Assembly (NCBI GenBank): GCA_965213625.1
Contig: CBDBZU010000004.1
Span: 288,001 to 352,000, forward strand
DNA: 64,000 nucleotides
Direction: 5' to 3'
Origin: a bacterium
Lineage (GTDB): Bacteria; UBA8248
Made by a program: the position numbers and the translations under genes. Shown piece by piece: positions 10,949 through 21,082 of this stretch. Below the pieces are notes generated by a model. The model was not told where the DNA came from. It did not search any database and saw only the letters and a program-made list of their open reading frames with translations. Each line of letters begins with the position of its first letter. Position 1 is the stretch's first letter.

Positions 10949-11139
10949 TTTAGACCGGCGCGGCCTCGTTCGACCCGCCCCGATGAGGTTTGACCCGACC
11001 TCCCGAACCTGCTCTAATTAACGCAATCGAAAAATTTTGGGGAGCAGCAGCGCAACAGCGCCGGAAATACTCGCACTGAACGAGTCCTCATAAGACTTGT
11101 TCTTAGGGCTATTCGTTCCACCATCAGGGAGAGACAAAC

Positions 11140-12150
11140 ATGAAACTTAACCTCAAGTCGATTCTCGCGAGTTTGGTTGTTGTCGGGTTCGTGGCGTTCA
11201 CGTCCCAGGCGGCCGTGGCGCAAAAAGCCAACCTCATCTTCTACTCCTCGCTCACCACCGCTGCACAAGCGACACTGGTGAAGGGCATCGAAAAGAAATT
11301 CCCGGACATCAAGGTGCAGTCCATCACCGCAGGCGGCGTGAGCCTCTACCAGCGGTTCGTGGCCGAGCGTTCGGTCGGCAAGGGCAAGATCGATCTGCTG
11401 CACTTCAGCTACACGCCGGGCTGGTATGACCTCGCCAAGAGAGGTTACGTGAAGAACGTCACGCAATTCCCCGAAGCCAAAAAATTCCCGGCCTGGGGCA
11501 AGGACGAAAATGCCCAGTGGGTGGGGCTGCGCGCGCCGACGCTGCAGGTCATCTACAACACCGACAACGTGAAGCCCGGCGAGGCGCCGACGAGCTTTGC
11601 GGAACTGACGGGGCCGAAATGGAAGAACCGCCTCGTGCTGGTCGACCCGTTCCAGTCCGCCGGCCTGTGGGATTTCTTCTACGGCGCGGATGGTTTCGGA
11701 GAGAAATACATCAAGGGCCTGCTCTATAACGGCGCGCTGGTGCAATCGCGCATGGGCGCCTCCACAGAGCGTGTCGCCACGGGCGAGCGCGACGTGACGA
11801 TGGTGTTCGAATACATCGCGATACGCCGCATCAACAAGGGCGCCAAGATCAAGATCGCCAAGATGAAGGAAGGCACGCCGGTCATCCCGGCTTCGTTCGG
11901 CATGGTGAAGGACGGCCCGAACCCCAAGAACGCGGAGCGGGTGTACCGCTGGATCCTTTCCAAGGAAGGCCAGACGGTCATCACCCAGAACGTGAAGATC
12001 AACTCCGCGCGCTCGGACGTGCCGCACGTGAAGGGCATTCCCTACCCCTTCACGCCGCTGTATGCGAACTGGGAGAAGGTGTTCAAGGATCAGAAGAAAT
12101 ACCGCTCCTTCATGACCAAGCACATTCGTGAAGCGAAGAGAAAGAAATAA
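11140..12150 (+). CDS. ABC transporter substrate-binding protein (Fe3+/thiamine/polyamine-type)
   Basis: Signal peptide, LIFYSS, IYNTDNV..PTSFAELT.PKWK and PNPKNAE..RWILSKEGQ. Confidence 0.85.
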   Translation: MKLNLKSILASLVVVGFVAFTSQAAVAQKANLIFYSSLTTAAQATLVKGIEKKFPDIKVQSITAGGVSLYQRFVAERSVGKGKIDLLHFSYTPGWYDLAKRGYVKNVTQFPEAKKFPAWGKDENAQWVGLRAPTLQVIYNTDNVKPGEAPTSFAELTGPKWKNRLVLVDPFQSAGLWDFFYGADGFGEKYIKGLLYNGALVQSRMGASTERVATGERDVTMVFEYIAIRRINKGAKIKIAKMKEGTPVIPASFGMVKDGPNPKNAERVYRWILSKEGQTVITQNVKINSARSDVPHVKGIPYPFTPLYANWEKVFKDQKKYRSFMTKHIREAKRKK

Positions 12151-12168
12151 CCGGCTTTTGTCCGGTCG

Positions 12169-13893
12169 GTGACTGAGATGCGTCCCCGTTCGTTTGCCAT
12201 GTTCAGGCTGCCAAGCACCGTTCGGGTACTCGAATGGGGATGTCTTCTCGTCATCGGCTTCGTCGTGCTGTACCCGCTGTTCTGGCTGGTGCTGGGCAGC
12301 TTCAGACCCGACCCGATAAGTTCGGAGTTCACCCTCGACGCCTACTACGCCATCTTCGAGGCGGAGTACATGGGCGAGGTTTTGTGGAACACAGCCGTCA
12401 TGTCGGTCGGGGTTACGAGTCTGTCCGTACTCATCGGCGTTCCGCTCGCCTGGATCGTCGGGCGCACCGACACGCCGCTCAAAAACTACATCAACATGAT
12501 AGCAATTCTGCCCTTCATCATGCCGCCCGTCGTGGTAGCGGTGGCCTGGGCCTATCTCGGCACGCCGCGAGTCGGCTTCGTGAACCTGTTCTGGAAGTGG
12601 CTGGTCGGCACGAAGGAGCCGCTGTTCGACATATTCACCATGGGCGGGCTCATCTTCGTGATGGCGCTCTCCTTAGCGCCCTACGTGTTCATCTTCACGG
12701 TCACGGCGTTCAAGAACATGGACCCGACGCTGGAGAACGCCGCCCACGTGAGCGGCGCCAACCAGTGGAAAACGACGCTCCGGATCACGCTGCCCATGGC
12801 GGCGCCGGCCATCCTCTCCGGCGCGCTGCTGACGTTCATCCAGTCGCTGGAGGTCTTCGCCATACCGGCGACCATCGGTGTCTCGGGCGGCATATACGTG
12901 TTCTCGACCCAGCTATGGCGCATGATGCTCGGCATCCCGCCGAACTTCTCGCACGCCGCCGCCATGTCGATCCCCATTCTGCTGATTTGTGGGCTGGCGC
13001 TTTGGGGCCAGACCAGGGCGCTGGGCCGAAGCGCCAGATACACCACCGTCGCGGGCAAGAGCTTCCGGCCGCGGCTCGTGGAACTGGGTCCGTGGAAATA
13101 CGTCGCGCTGGCCTTCGCCTCCTTCTACCTCCTTGTGTCGGCAATCCTGCCCGTGTTGACGCTGATTTACGGGACTTTCATCTCTAATCGCGGACGACCG
13201 CCGACTTTTGAATACCTCACCCTGGGTCACATCCATGAGATCATCACCGGCGACGGGGGGGCGGTCATCCTGCGCTCCATCCAGAACAGCCTTTTCCTGA
13301 GTTTCATGGGCGCGACTATCGGCATCGCGCTTTCCGCCGTGGTCGCCTATTTCGTGGTGCGCAGCACCTGGAAGGGCCGGGGAACGCTCGATTTTCTGGC
13401 GCTCATTCCGGTGGCCATTCCGGGCGCGGTCATCGCCATCGCCATGCTCTGGGCCTACATCCGCGAACCGTTCAACCTGTATCACACGCTGTGGATCATC
13501 CTGATCGCATACATCACGCGCTTCCTGCCCTTCGGCGTGCGATCGGTTTCGAATTCCATCACGCAGATCCATGAGGAGTTGGAGCGAGCCGCCGCCGTGA
13601 GCGGCGCGAACTGGGGCGTCGTCTTCTGGAAGATCCTCGTGCCCCTGGCCATGCCGGGCATCGTGGCCGGCTGGATTATTCTTTTCGTATCGATGATGCG
13701 TGAACTGTCGGCCTCCATCATGCTGTTCAGCTCGAACAAGGAGGTGATCAGCACGATCCTCATCCAGCTCTATGACGAGGGGCTCTTCTCGCACGTGTGC
13801 ATTCTTTCGCTCATCATTGTTATCTTGTCACTGGGTTCGGTGGCTCTGGTGCGCTGGCTCACGAAACAAAAAGACGTGGAGGGCCTCACCTGA
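12169..13893 (+). CDS. ABC transporter permease (FbpB/ThiP-like, two fused TM domains)
   Basis: Two EAA-type loops (LENAAHVSGA, LERAAAVSGA) and about 12 TM segments. Confidence 0.85.
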   Translation: MTEMRPRSFAMFRLPSTVRVLEWGCLLVIGFVVLYPLFWLVLGSFRPDPISSEFTLDAYYAIFEAEYMGEVLWNTAVMSVGVTSLSVLIGVPLAWIVGRTDTPLKNYINMIAILPFIMPPVVVAVAWAYLGTPRVGFVNLFWKWLVGTKEPLFDIFTMGGLIFVMALSLAPYVFIFTVTAFKNMDPTLENAAHVSGANQWKTTLRITLPMAAPAILSGALLTFIQSLEVFAIPATIGVSGGIYVFSTQLWRMMLGIPPNFSHAAAMSIPILLICGLALWGQTRALGRSARYTTVAGKSFRPRLVELGPWKYVALAFASFYLLVSAILPVLTLIYGTFISNRGRPPTFEYLTLGHIHEIITGDGGAVILRSIQNSLFLSFMGATIGIALSAVVAYFVVRSTWKGRGTLDFLALIPVAIPGAVIAIAMLWAYIREPFNLYHTLWIILIAYITRFLPFGVRSVSNSITQIHEELERAAAVSGANWGVVFWKILVPLAMPGIVAGWIILFVSMMRELSASIMLFSSNKEVISTILIQLYDEGLFSHVCILSLIIVILSLGSVALVRWLTKQKDVEGLT

Positions 13894-14987
13894 TGCAAAA
13901 CGTACGGGTCGAGAAACTGGTGAAGAGATTCGGCGACGTGGTAGCCGTCGACGGAATTTCCTTCGAGGTGCCCAAGGGAAAGCTGCTGACCCTGCTGGGG
14001 CCGAGTGGCTGTGGCAAGACGACCACCCTGAACATTATCGCCGGTTTCGAAACCCCCGACGACGGTGACGTCCACGTCGGCGAGCGGCTGATATCGAGCG
14101 CGACGGAAAACGTGCTGATTCCCGCGCACAAGCGAAACCTGGGCATGGTCTTTCAGTCCTACGGGCTGTGGCCGCATTTGAGGGTGCGCGACAACGTCGC
14201 CTTCGGCCTGCAGATGCGGAATACACCCAAAAACGAAATCGCAGGCGCCGTGGACCGGGCCCTGGGCCTGGTTCGGCTCGACGGCCTGGGGGAGCGCTAC
14301 CCCTCGCAGCTCTCGGGCGGCCAGCAGCAGCGCGTCGCTTTCGCCCGCGCGCTTGTGTACGAGCCCGACGTGCTGCTCCTCGACGAACCTCTCTCGAACC
14401 TCGATGCGGCGCTGCGCGAGGAGATGCGCCTGGAGCTCAAGGAACTGCAAACCGAATCCGGCATCACCACCATATTCGTCACACACGACCAGGTCGAAGC
14501 CATGGTGATGAGCGACATCATCGTGGTGATGAACCACGGGCGCATCGAACAGATGGGCTCGCCGAGCGACATCTACCAGCATCCCGCCAATCAGTTCGTC
14601 GCCGGTTTCGTCGGCATCTCGAACTTCCTGGAAGGCGACGTCGTCGCCACTGGGTTGGGCGATGAGCAGACGGCGGTCAAGGTTGGCGAGGTAACGCTGT
14701 ACTGCAAGGCCGCAGGCATCCCGGAAGGCTCGAAAGTGCTGCTTTCGATCCGGCCCGAGGATTGCGTCGCAAGCACCGAGGCACCTCCGGAAGGAACGCC
14801 GAACGTCATCGAGTGCAGCGTCGACAAGGCGGTGTACATGGGCGGCGTGCTGGAGCTCTGGCTGAACGCCTCCGGCCAGAAAATCCGCGTCCACGGACAC
14901 CGGCTGCCGCTGCTCGAATCAGGCGCGAACGTTTACGTTTCCATCGAACCCGGTTCCATCAACGCGGTTGAAAACAAGCCTTCGTGA
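13893..14987 (+). CDS. ABC transporter ATP-binding protein (FbpC/PotA-like)
   Basis: GPSGCGKTT, LSGGQQQR, LLLDEPLSNLD and VTHDQ. The ATG overlaps the permease TGA. Confidence 0.9.
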   Translation: MQNVRVEKLVKRFGDVVAVDGISFEVPKGKLLTLLGPSGCGKTTTLNIIAGFETPDDGDVHVGERLISSATENVLIPAHKRNLGMVFQSYGLWPHLRVRDNVAFGLQMRNTPKNEIAGAVDRALGLVRLDGLGERYPSQLSGGQQQRVAFARALVYEPDVLLLDEPLSNLDAALREEMRLELKELQTESGITTIFVTHDQVEAMVMSDIIVVMNHGRIEQMGSPSDIYQHPANQFVAGFVGISNFLEGDVVATGLGDEQTAVKVGEVTLYCKAAGIPEGSKVLLSIRPEDCVASTEAPPEGTPNVIECSVDKAVYMGGVLELWLNASGQKIRVHGHRLPLLESGANVYVSIEPGSINAVENKPS

Positions 14988-15171
14988 CGAAGAAGCAGGG
15001 CGCAACTCAGCGGATTACCGGGAGCGGGAAAGTGAAAATACCGGCCCCCCGAAACCTTTGACCTGAACGAACCACCTTTTCCAATCATCACCCTCATCCT
15101 CGCGGAGCCACCGGCGCGGTATCGCGACGTTGCGCTATACTTGTCTGCGAAATTCTTGCAAAATATAATCC

Positions 15172-17760
15172 ATGGCATGCAGTCCAAAGTACGGCGACCG
15201 GCGGGAGCGGTCGAATGAGCCGGAAAGCGGCATGATAATTGCGCGACGAAAAAAATGCCGTGAAGAAACCGGGGTATTGAACCGGCTTGAAGGTGAGTGG
15301 TGCGCCCGCGCCGGGTTCACGCTGAACCGGGCCTCGATCTGCGCCATCGTTCTTTGCGCCATGTTCGTCCTCACGAACTGTGGGGGCGGGGGCGGCGGCT
15401 CAAGAGTGCAAACGCAACCCTCGGTTATGCCCGAACCGCAAACTTGTCCTCCAGGGCAAGTCGGAACGCCCCCGAACTGCACGACTCCTCCTCCGCAAAC
15501 CTGTCCTCCAGGGCAAGTCGGGACGCCCCCGAATTGCACGACTCCGCCACCGCCTACCTGCCCGGCGGGGCAAGTCGGGACGCTTCCGAACTGCACCACA
15601 CCGCCGCCGCAACAATGCATTCCGCTTCACGACGGGACTTGCGCCACTACCGGAGATTTCAATACGCAGGCGGCGCAGCTTGCCGGGCAATACCGCATCG
15701 AGGATCCCTTCAAGAACCAGTGGAGTCTCGCGACCATCGGCGCGGACCGGGCCTACGCACACGTCAACCTGCTCAAGGGTGAAAACACCGCGCCGGGCGC
15801 CGGGGTGACCATCGGCTTCATAGACTCCGGCATTGATGCGGCGCACTCGATGTTCGCCGGAAAAACGGTTACGGAAGTGTTCATGAGCGGCGCCACGGAC
15901 GAGACGGGCCTCCCGCGGTTTTCTCACGGCACGGCCGTCGCGAGCGTCGCCGCCGGCGTTTACTCATCCGTTAACTCATCCAGCCCGCAAGGCGTTGCGC
16001 CGGGCGCCGACATCGCCATGTTCGCGATTACCCTCGGAACCGGGGGCGGCGAATATAGGCCCATATCACTCACGAGTTTGGCAAATCGAGACGCCGAGTG
16101 GGCGTCGCGATTCAATCAGGTCTTCGCATGGCGAGACGGCCAAAAGCGCGTCGACATCTTGAATCTAAGCATCGGCAATCACGGAATCATCAACGATTAC
16201 AGCGAAACCGAACTTCGCGCTAATTTCGGGCAGGCAATTTCAGCCATGACGCAGACTGGAGCAACTGATAAGGCGATTCTTATCTGGGCGGCCGGCAACG
16301 CACATGGAAGGTCATGCGCTTCGCTCACGGCCAACTGCGAGAACAACAAAATCAATGCGGTCTCAGTCGAAGTGCAGCCGGGTCTCGCCGCACGCGTCCC
16401 GGAGCTTAAAGGACATACTATCGTCGTCGTGGCGCTGAGACCCGGTGACGAGACGATCACCTCATTTTCCAATCGCTGCGGTATCGCGGCGGATTATTGC
16501 ATCGCGGCGCCAGGACAGAATATTAAGACTGCTTATTTCGGCCCCGACCCGAACGACGACACCAAAACGATTCGAGGTATCGCCCAGAACTCTAGAGGAA
16601 CATCCTTCGCCGCGCCGATGGTATCCGGTGGGCTCGCGATCATGAAACAACTCTTCCGGGATCAGCTCTCGAACACCAAACTGGTGACACGACTCTTCGA
16701 AACAGCCGACGATACCGGCGCATACGCGAACAGCGCCATCTACGGCAGGGGCAAGCTCGACCTCACAGCCGCCACGCACCCCGTGGGCGTCCTGGAAGTT
16801 CCGGCAGGCACGAACACGAACCAGGCCGGGAAAAGTCTGCACACGACGAGCCTGAGTCTCGGGGCGCCGTTCGGCAGCGGCCTCGCCCGCTCGCTCACGA
16901 ACCGCGAAATCATGTCCCTAGACGATCTGGGCGCGCCGTTCTGGTACAGGCTGGGCGGTTTCGTGGCGACGGCGAAGGGTCCGCCGGTGGACGCGCGGGT
17001 GCGGGGCTTCCTGGCCGACCCCTCCGGTGAATCCCACAAGCCCGGGATGTCGGTCCGTGAGACTTCCTCGGAAGCGGTTGGCGGACACCTCTCACTTGCC
17101 GAAGGCGGGATGATGGCGACATTCACGAACCAGGCGGGTCTTTCCGCCTCCGTTTTTGGCTCCCACCAGGATTACGACGCAGTGGGTGGCGCGCTCGGTT
17201 GGCGGCCCGAAGGCTCGCCGCTCGGTCTTCGCCTCGGATGGATAAGCGAGGATGAGACCATTCTGGGAGGCGAAGGACGAGGGGCCTTCGGGTCGCTGGC
17301 GGCGGACACCGCCTTCATCCGCCTCGAGGGAGACGTGAGACTCGGCGCATGGCGTCTCGGAGCAGACGCGGAATGGGGAAGCGTGCGCCCGCTGGCCCGG
17401 GGCGGACTCATCGATGAGGTCTCGCCCATGACGACCAGCGCGTTCGCGCTCCACGCGCACGCCGCCGTGACGGATAATGATGTGTTGCGTTTCTCCCTGG
17501 CGCAGCCCTTGCGCGTCGAGGACGGCCGGGCGTCGCTGACGATTCCGGTGGCGCGTACCAAAACCGGGCAGGTGCTGCGCTCGTCAATCGCGTCGCACCT
17601 CGCGCCCGATGAGCGTCAGTTCGACGTCGCCGCGAGCTGGGAGAGACCGCTGGCGGACGGACGCCTCCGCCTCGGCGTCGTCTGGAGCCTCCATCCCGGC
17701 CACAGTGGCTCCACCGAGCCTCAATTTACTTTCCTCGCCGGCTGGCGCCGGGCGTTTTGA
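15172..17760 (+). CDS. S8 (subtilisin-like) serine peptidase with lipoprotein-like N-terminus, Cys/Pro repeats and a C-terminal beta-barrel-like domain (start uncertain)
   Basis: Catalytic motifs FIDSGID, SHGTAVAS, WAAGN and GTSFAAP. LTNCGGGG lipobox-like segment. C-terminus ends in F (GWRRAF). Confidence 0.85.
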   Translation: MACSPKYGDRRERSNEPESGMIIARRKKCREETGVLNRLEGEWCARAGFTLNRASICAIVLCAMFVLTNCGGGGGGSRVQTQPSVMPEPQTCPPGQVGTPPNCTTPPPQTCPPGQVGTPPNCTTPPPPTCPAGQVGTLPNCTTPPPQQCIPLHDGTCATTGDFNTQAAQLAGQYRIEDPFKNQWSLATIGADRAYAHVNLLKGENTAPGAGVTIGFIDSGIDAAHSMFAGKTVTEVFMSGATDETGLPRFSHGTAVASVAAGVYSSVNSSSPQGVAPGADIAMFAITLGTGGGEYRPISLTSLANRDAEWASRFNQVFAWRDGQKRVDILNLSIGNHGIINDYSETELRANFGQAISAMTQTGATDKAILIWAAGNAHGRSCASLTANCENNKINAVSVEVQPGLAARVPELKGHTIVVVALRPGDETITSFSNRCGIAADYCIAAPGQNIKTAYFGPDPNDDTKTIRGIAQNSRGTSFAAPMVSGGLAIMKQLFRDQLSNTKLVTRLFETADDTGAYANSAIYGRGKLDLTAATHPVGVLEVPAGTNTNQAGKSLHTTSLSLGAPFGSGLARSLTNREIMSLDDLGAPFWYRLGGFVATAKGPPVDARVRGFLADPSGESHKPGMSVRETSSEAVGGHLSLAEGGMMATFTNQAGLSASVFGSHQDYDAVGGALGWRPEGSPLGLRLGWISEDETILGGEGRGAFGSLAADTAFIRLEGDVRLGAWRLGADAEWGSVRPLARGGLIDEVSPMTTSAFALHAHAAVTDNDVLRFSLAQPLRVEDGRASLTIPVARTKTGQVLRSSIASHLAPDERQFDVAASWERPLADGRLRLGVVWSLHPGHSGSTEPQFTFLAGWRRAF
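15438..15612 (+). repeat. Three tandem 57-bp coding repeats (TCPPGQVGTPPNCTTPPPQ)
   Basis: Directly visible in the DNA (GGGCAAGTCGG.ACG three times) and in the protein. Confidence 0.9.
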
Positions 17761-17871
17761 ATGGCGTCACCTGAATCTAAAAATCCGCAAAAAGCATGCG
17801 CAGGGATGATGATTTTCCGCAAGGAGTATAGCCACCGCCCCTTCTCGTGATATAGAATAGCGGCCCCTCGC

Positions 17872-17963
17872 GGAGAGATGGCCGAGTGGCTGAAGGCGCT
17901 CGCCTGCTAAGCGAGTAGGCTGGGAAACCGGCCTCGAGGGTTCGAATCCCTCTCTCTCCGCCA
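17872..17963 (+). tRNA. tRNA-Ser (GCT)
   Basis: GGAGAGATGGCCGAGTGGCTGAAGGCG, anticodon arm CTCGC-CT GCT AA-GCGAG, long variable arm, GGTTCGAATCC T-arm, encoded CCA. Confidence 0.95.
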
Positions 17964-18239
17964 TTTTTATACGGGCCGGGTCGGTGAACACCCAAGCCTC
18001 TCGTAGCCTGTTTCAATCAGCGTTGCAGACCCTCCCTCCTCGGTCGAGTCTGACTCCTATCTCAGTCGGAACTGATTCCTTTATTAATCGGCTCCCCGAC
18101 ACCGCAATGACGGACAAGGCCGCACCACCCCGTAACGGACAGGCCCCTGCGCTCCTCCTGTCTCCTGTGCCCGGAAAGCACTCCCTACCCCCCCCCTTGA
18201 CGGCTTAAACGTCCAAATTCAGGAATCTCACGCCCGGCG

Positions 18240-18719
18240 TCAACCAGTGGCCTCAAGTTCCTTTCCGTTGATGACGACGGGATCGGCGGCGAGCAGGACG
18301 AACGCGATAACACAGGGCTCCGCGCCGTTATTGACCCAGTTGTGTATCGTGCCGCGCTGCACACACACGTCTCCTTCTTTCAGATGCACGACGACGCCAT
18401 CATCGAGCGCCATGTCTATCTCGCCCTTCAGTACCACCAGGTAGTCGAGCGAGTGGGTCCGGTGCATTCGGGACGCGACGCCGGGACCATATTGCGTGAC
18501 CCTGATCTTCGAGGCCGTCGAACCCGGCAGACCGGGCTCGATGGCTTTCCCGTCGGCTTCGGTGTTCAGGTCGGCCGGATATACGTCAGTAGCCCATACG
18601 CCATGCCCCTCGTGTCCGGGCCTGGTCGACCGGGGCTCGCTCATCAACTCGTCGATCTTGACGACCGCCTTGCCGTTCTCATCGTGCCCGGTAACGACCC
18701 GTCTTAGCGAAAATTCCAC
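18240..18719 (-). CDS. Cupin domain protein
   Basis: RRVVTGHDENGKAV, MHRTHSLDY..VLKGEI and GDVCVQRGTIHNW. Confidence 0.85.
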   Translation of the reverse strand: MEFSLRRVVTGHDENGKAVVKIDELMSEPRSTRPGHEGHGVWATDVYPADLNTEADGKAIEPGLPGSTASKIRVTQYGPGVASRMHRTHSLDYLVVLKGEIDMALDDGVVVHLKEGDVCVQRGTIHNWVNNGAEPCVIAFVLLAADPVVINGKELEATG

Positions 18720-18765
18720 TTTGTATCTCCTCGTTCTTTATAAGCCGGTCATCGGCGCTTCTCCG

Positions 18766-19707
18766 TTATCGCGCCCTCACTGGAGCCAGGCGCGCCATTA
18801 GCGGAAAACGCGATTGATTCCTGAATGGCGGCATATACCTTTCCCTTAGGTGCCTGAGGCCCGGGCCAAACGATTTTTCCAGGATTTTGCTATGCCTCCC
18901 GTAAATTTCCGCCAAGTAGAATTCATGAAGAAAATATCCTTCGAGCACATAAACCATGGACTGGTTGCGAGAATAGGAGCCTTCCCATTCCTCTCCCGAA
19001 ACGGCCACCAGCATATCGGTGGAATCCACAGACATCGAAATTTTCGTGTTGGACAATGAGGTGAACTTGATGCCGATATTCTCGTGAGGAATAACGATTA
19101 ACTCAGGGTTCCGTTCGATCTTTTCGGCGGCGTCATTATAGAGGAGCAGTATGATCTCAACCCCGCGGCCCGCCGCAGCCTTGAGATCTTCCAGATAATT
19201 ATCGACCGCTCCCTCGAACGCTTTTATCCAGACGTGGCGTTTTGCACCTGAGATCAAATCTAAAATCTTGTTTTGAATTTTCTGTTTCCCGGCCAGCGTC
19301 CAGATATACATCTGCTCATTCGAATCGGACTTCTTCAAGGCCGCGGAAAGTTCATCGCAGATTTTCCGCGTATTATCGGCGACGCCCAGGAGATATTCCT
19401 CGGGGTCGCGGGGAATGTACCGCACGGGGTCTTCGCTGATGGGCTGAACGGCTCCTTTCGACTCCAGGGATTTGAGAACGTCATAGGCATTGCTACGGGG
19501 TAGGCGGGCGGCCTTGCTGATCTCGTAGCGGGTCGCCGGATGGCATTCACAAATGGCGAGATAAACACGGGATTCATGATCGGTGAAACCGAGTTGTCTC
19601 AGGCTGTTCAGAATCTCCTGCGACAGCGGCGGGGTCTCAGCAACAACATTGACGACCTTTCCATTCGACCGGACCATTTGGATTCTCCGCTTTTCAATAT
19701 ATTTCAT
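18766..19707 (-). CDS. TrmB family transcriptional regulator
   Basis: LRQLGFTDHESRVYLAI...YEISKAARLPRSNAYDVLKSLESKG wHTH followed by a TrmB effector-like domain. Confidence 0.85.
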   Translation of the reverse strand: MKYIEKRRIQMVRSNGKVVNVVAETPPLSQEILNSLRQLGFTDHESRVYLAICECHPATRYEISKAARLPRSNAYDVLKSLESKGAVQPISEDPVRYIPRDPEEYLLGVADNTRKICDELSAALKKSDSNEQMYIWTLAGKQKIQNKILDLISGAKRHVWIKAFEGAVDNYLEDLKAAAGRGVEIILLLYNDAAEKIERNPELIVIPHENIGIKFTSLSNTKISMSVDSTDMLVAVSGEEWEGSYSRNQSMVYVLEGYFLHEFYLAEIYGRHSKILEKSFGPGLRHLRERYMPPFRNQSRFPLMARLAPVRAR

Positions 19708-19908
19708 TCCCGTCGCAATCCGTCTAAAAATTCAAACGAATTCCCAACCTCCTGCGTTTTCGATATTTCCCCGATGAGGCCGCCCTGAAAATCTGTTGCC
19801 AAAACATCTTGCGTCTTGCGGATGCCTCGACTCATCTCTCCAATTACACGCCAATGACTCACGCCCCGGCGACTTCTCGACTGCGATAAATAAAAACTAA
19901 CTATATTC

Positions 19909-19925
19909 GTAGTATTTACAACTAC
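19909..19925. promoter_or_regulatory. Candidate operator palindrome GTAGT-N7-ACTAC upstream of the trmB gene
   Basis: GTAGTATTTACAACTAC in the AT-rich upstream region, with a partial copy (GTAGTATACAAACT) near 20247. Confidence 0.35.
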
Positions 19926-20480
19926 TACACAATAAATCTATCTATTCCTCTCCTCTATGTAATGAACACCCAGGCCAGACAATATCTTCAAGGAAAATTA
20001 CTCTGGAACACCCAAGACTACCTGGATGGAAGTGCCAAAGGAAAAAGCCTTTATTTTTTACTAATTATTCCAGCATGTAGAACAAAATATCATTCGAAAA
20101 TTTGACAGAAACCTCCCTGACCTTCGACATAAGTGAAAAACCCGGTAGGGAGTGTGCACCAAGGTTTCATAGTCAGACATCGCTATGTTGGCCCAAGCTC
20201 TGATTGTTTGAAATTATAAAAAATAGCCTAGAGAAAAACCCTTGAAGTAGTATACAAACTGGCATGCAATGCACCGAGTTTCTGAATGTCACCAATGATT
20301 ACAGTGCTTCAGAATCAAACGGTTAAGAGAAAGGGGTATGCAACAAGAGTCTCTCTCCGCCATACGCAAGCCCGCCTGATGTTACACTAGTTCCCGGCAC
20401 ATCACCGGCGCCGCCTAGTTCTTCCCGGTGGTTCGGATGAAATCAATGCTTTGCACGGAACCGACAAAAGGGAGAATACG

Positions 20481-20951
20481 ATGCAGCGTAACTTCTTCCG
20501 CCTGAACGCTACACAGCAATTACCCATCGATCTTGACGCCGCCTGGGATTTTTTCTCGAATCCGCTGAATTTGAAAGAGATCACGCCGCCCGAGCTTCAC
20601 CTCGTCGTCGAGAACGAGTTGCCTTCCAGGCTGCACCCCGGCACCCTAATTTGCTACCGGGTAAGGCCCTTTCTGGGGATTCCGGTTCACTGGGTCACGG
20701 AAATAACGCACGTGGAAGAGGGCCGTCTCTTCGTGGACGAGCAGCGCTTCGGTCCCTATCGCTTCTGGCACCACCAGCACCATTTTCAGCCGATCAATGG
20801 AGGTGTGGAGATACGCGACATCATCCATTACAAGCTGCCTTTGGGACCCTTCTCGTTCCTCGCCGACAGCTTCGTGGTAAGCCGGCAATTGCGCCGCATA
20901 TTCTCCTACCGTGAAGAGGCGCTCGCGCAGCGCTTCGGCCAGATGAATTGA
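20481..20951 (+). CDS. SRPBCC family protein
   Basis: AWDFFSNPLNLKEITPP, WVTEITHV and FVDEQRFGPYRFWHHQH. Confidence 0.85.
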   Translation: MQRNFFRLNATQQLPIDLDAAWDFFSNPLNLKEITPPELHLVVENELPSRLHPGTLICYRVRPFLGIPVHWVTEITHVEEGRLFVDEQRFGPYRFWHHQHHFQPINGGVEIRDIIHYKLPLGPFSFLADSFVVSRQLRRIFSYREEALAQRFGQMN

Positions 20952-21082
20952 ATTGCCCCTTTCTATAGACTTGGAGCACGACACACTATAGAACATGAAC
21001 CACCCGAGCGGACTCACCTTTACCGAGTTGCCCGGGAGGATGGGAAAACGCACCTTTTCACGCAACCACCCGGAGAAACACA

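Larger units (their letters stand above)
17951..20363. mobile_element. Small integrase-less islet flanked by a 14-bp direct repeat of the tRNA-Ser 3' end
   Basis: TCTCTCTCCGCCAT at 17951-17964 and again at 20350-20363. The interior is visibly more AT-rich. Confidence 0.65.
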
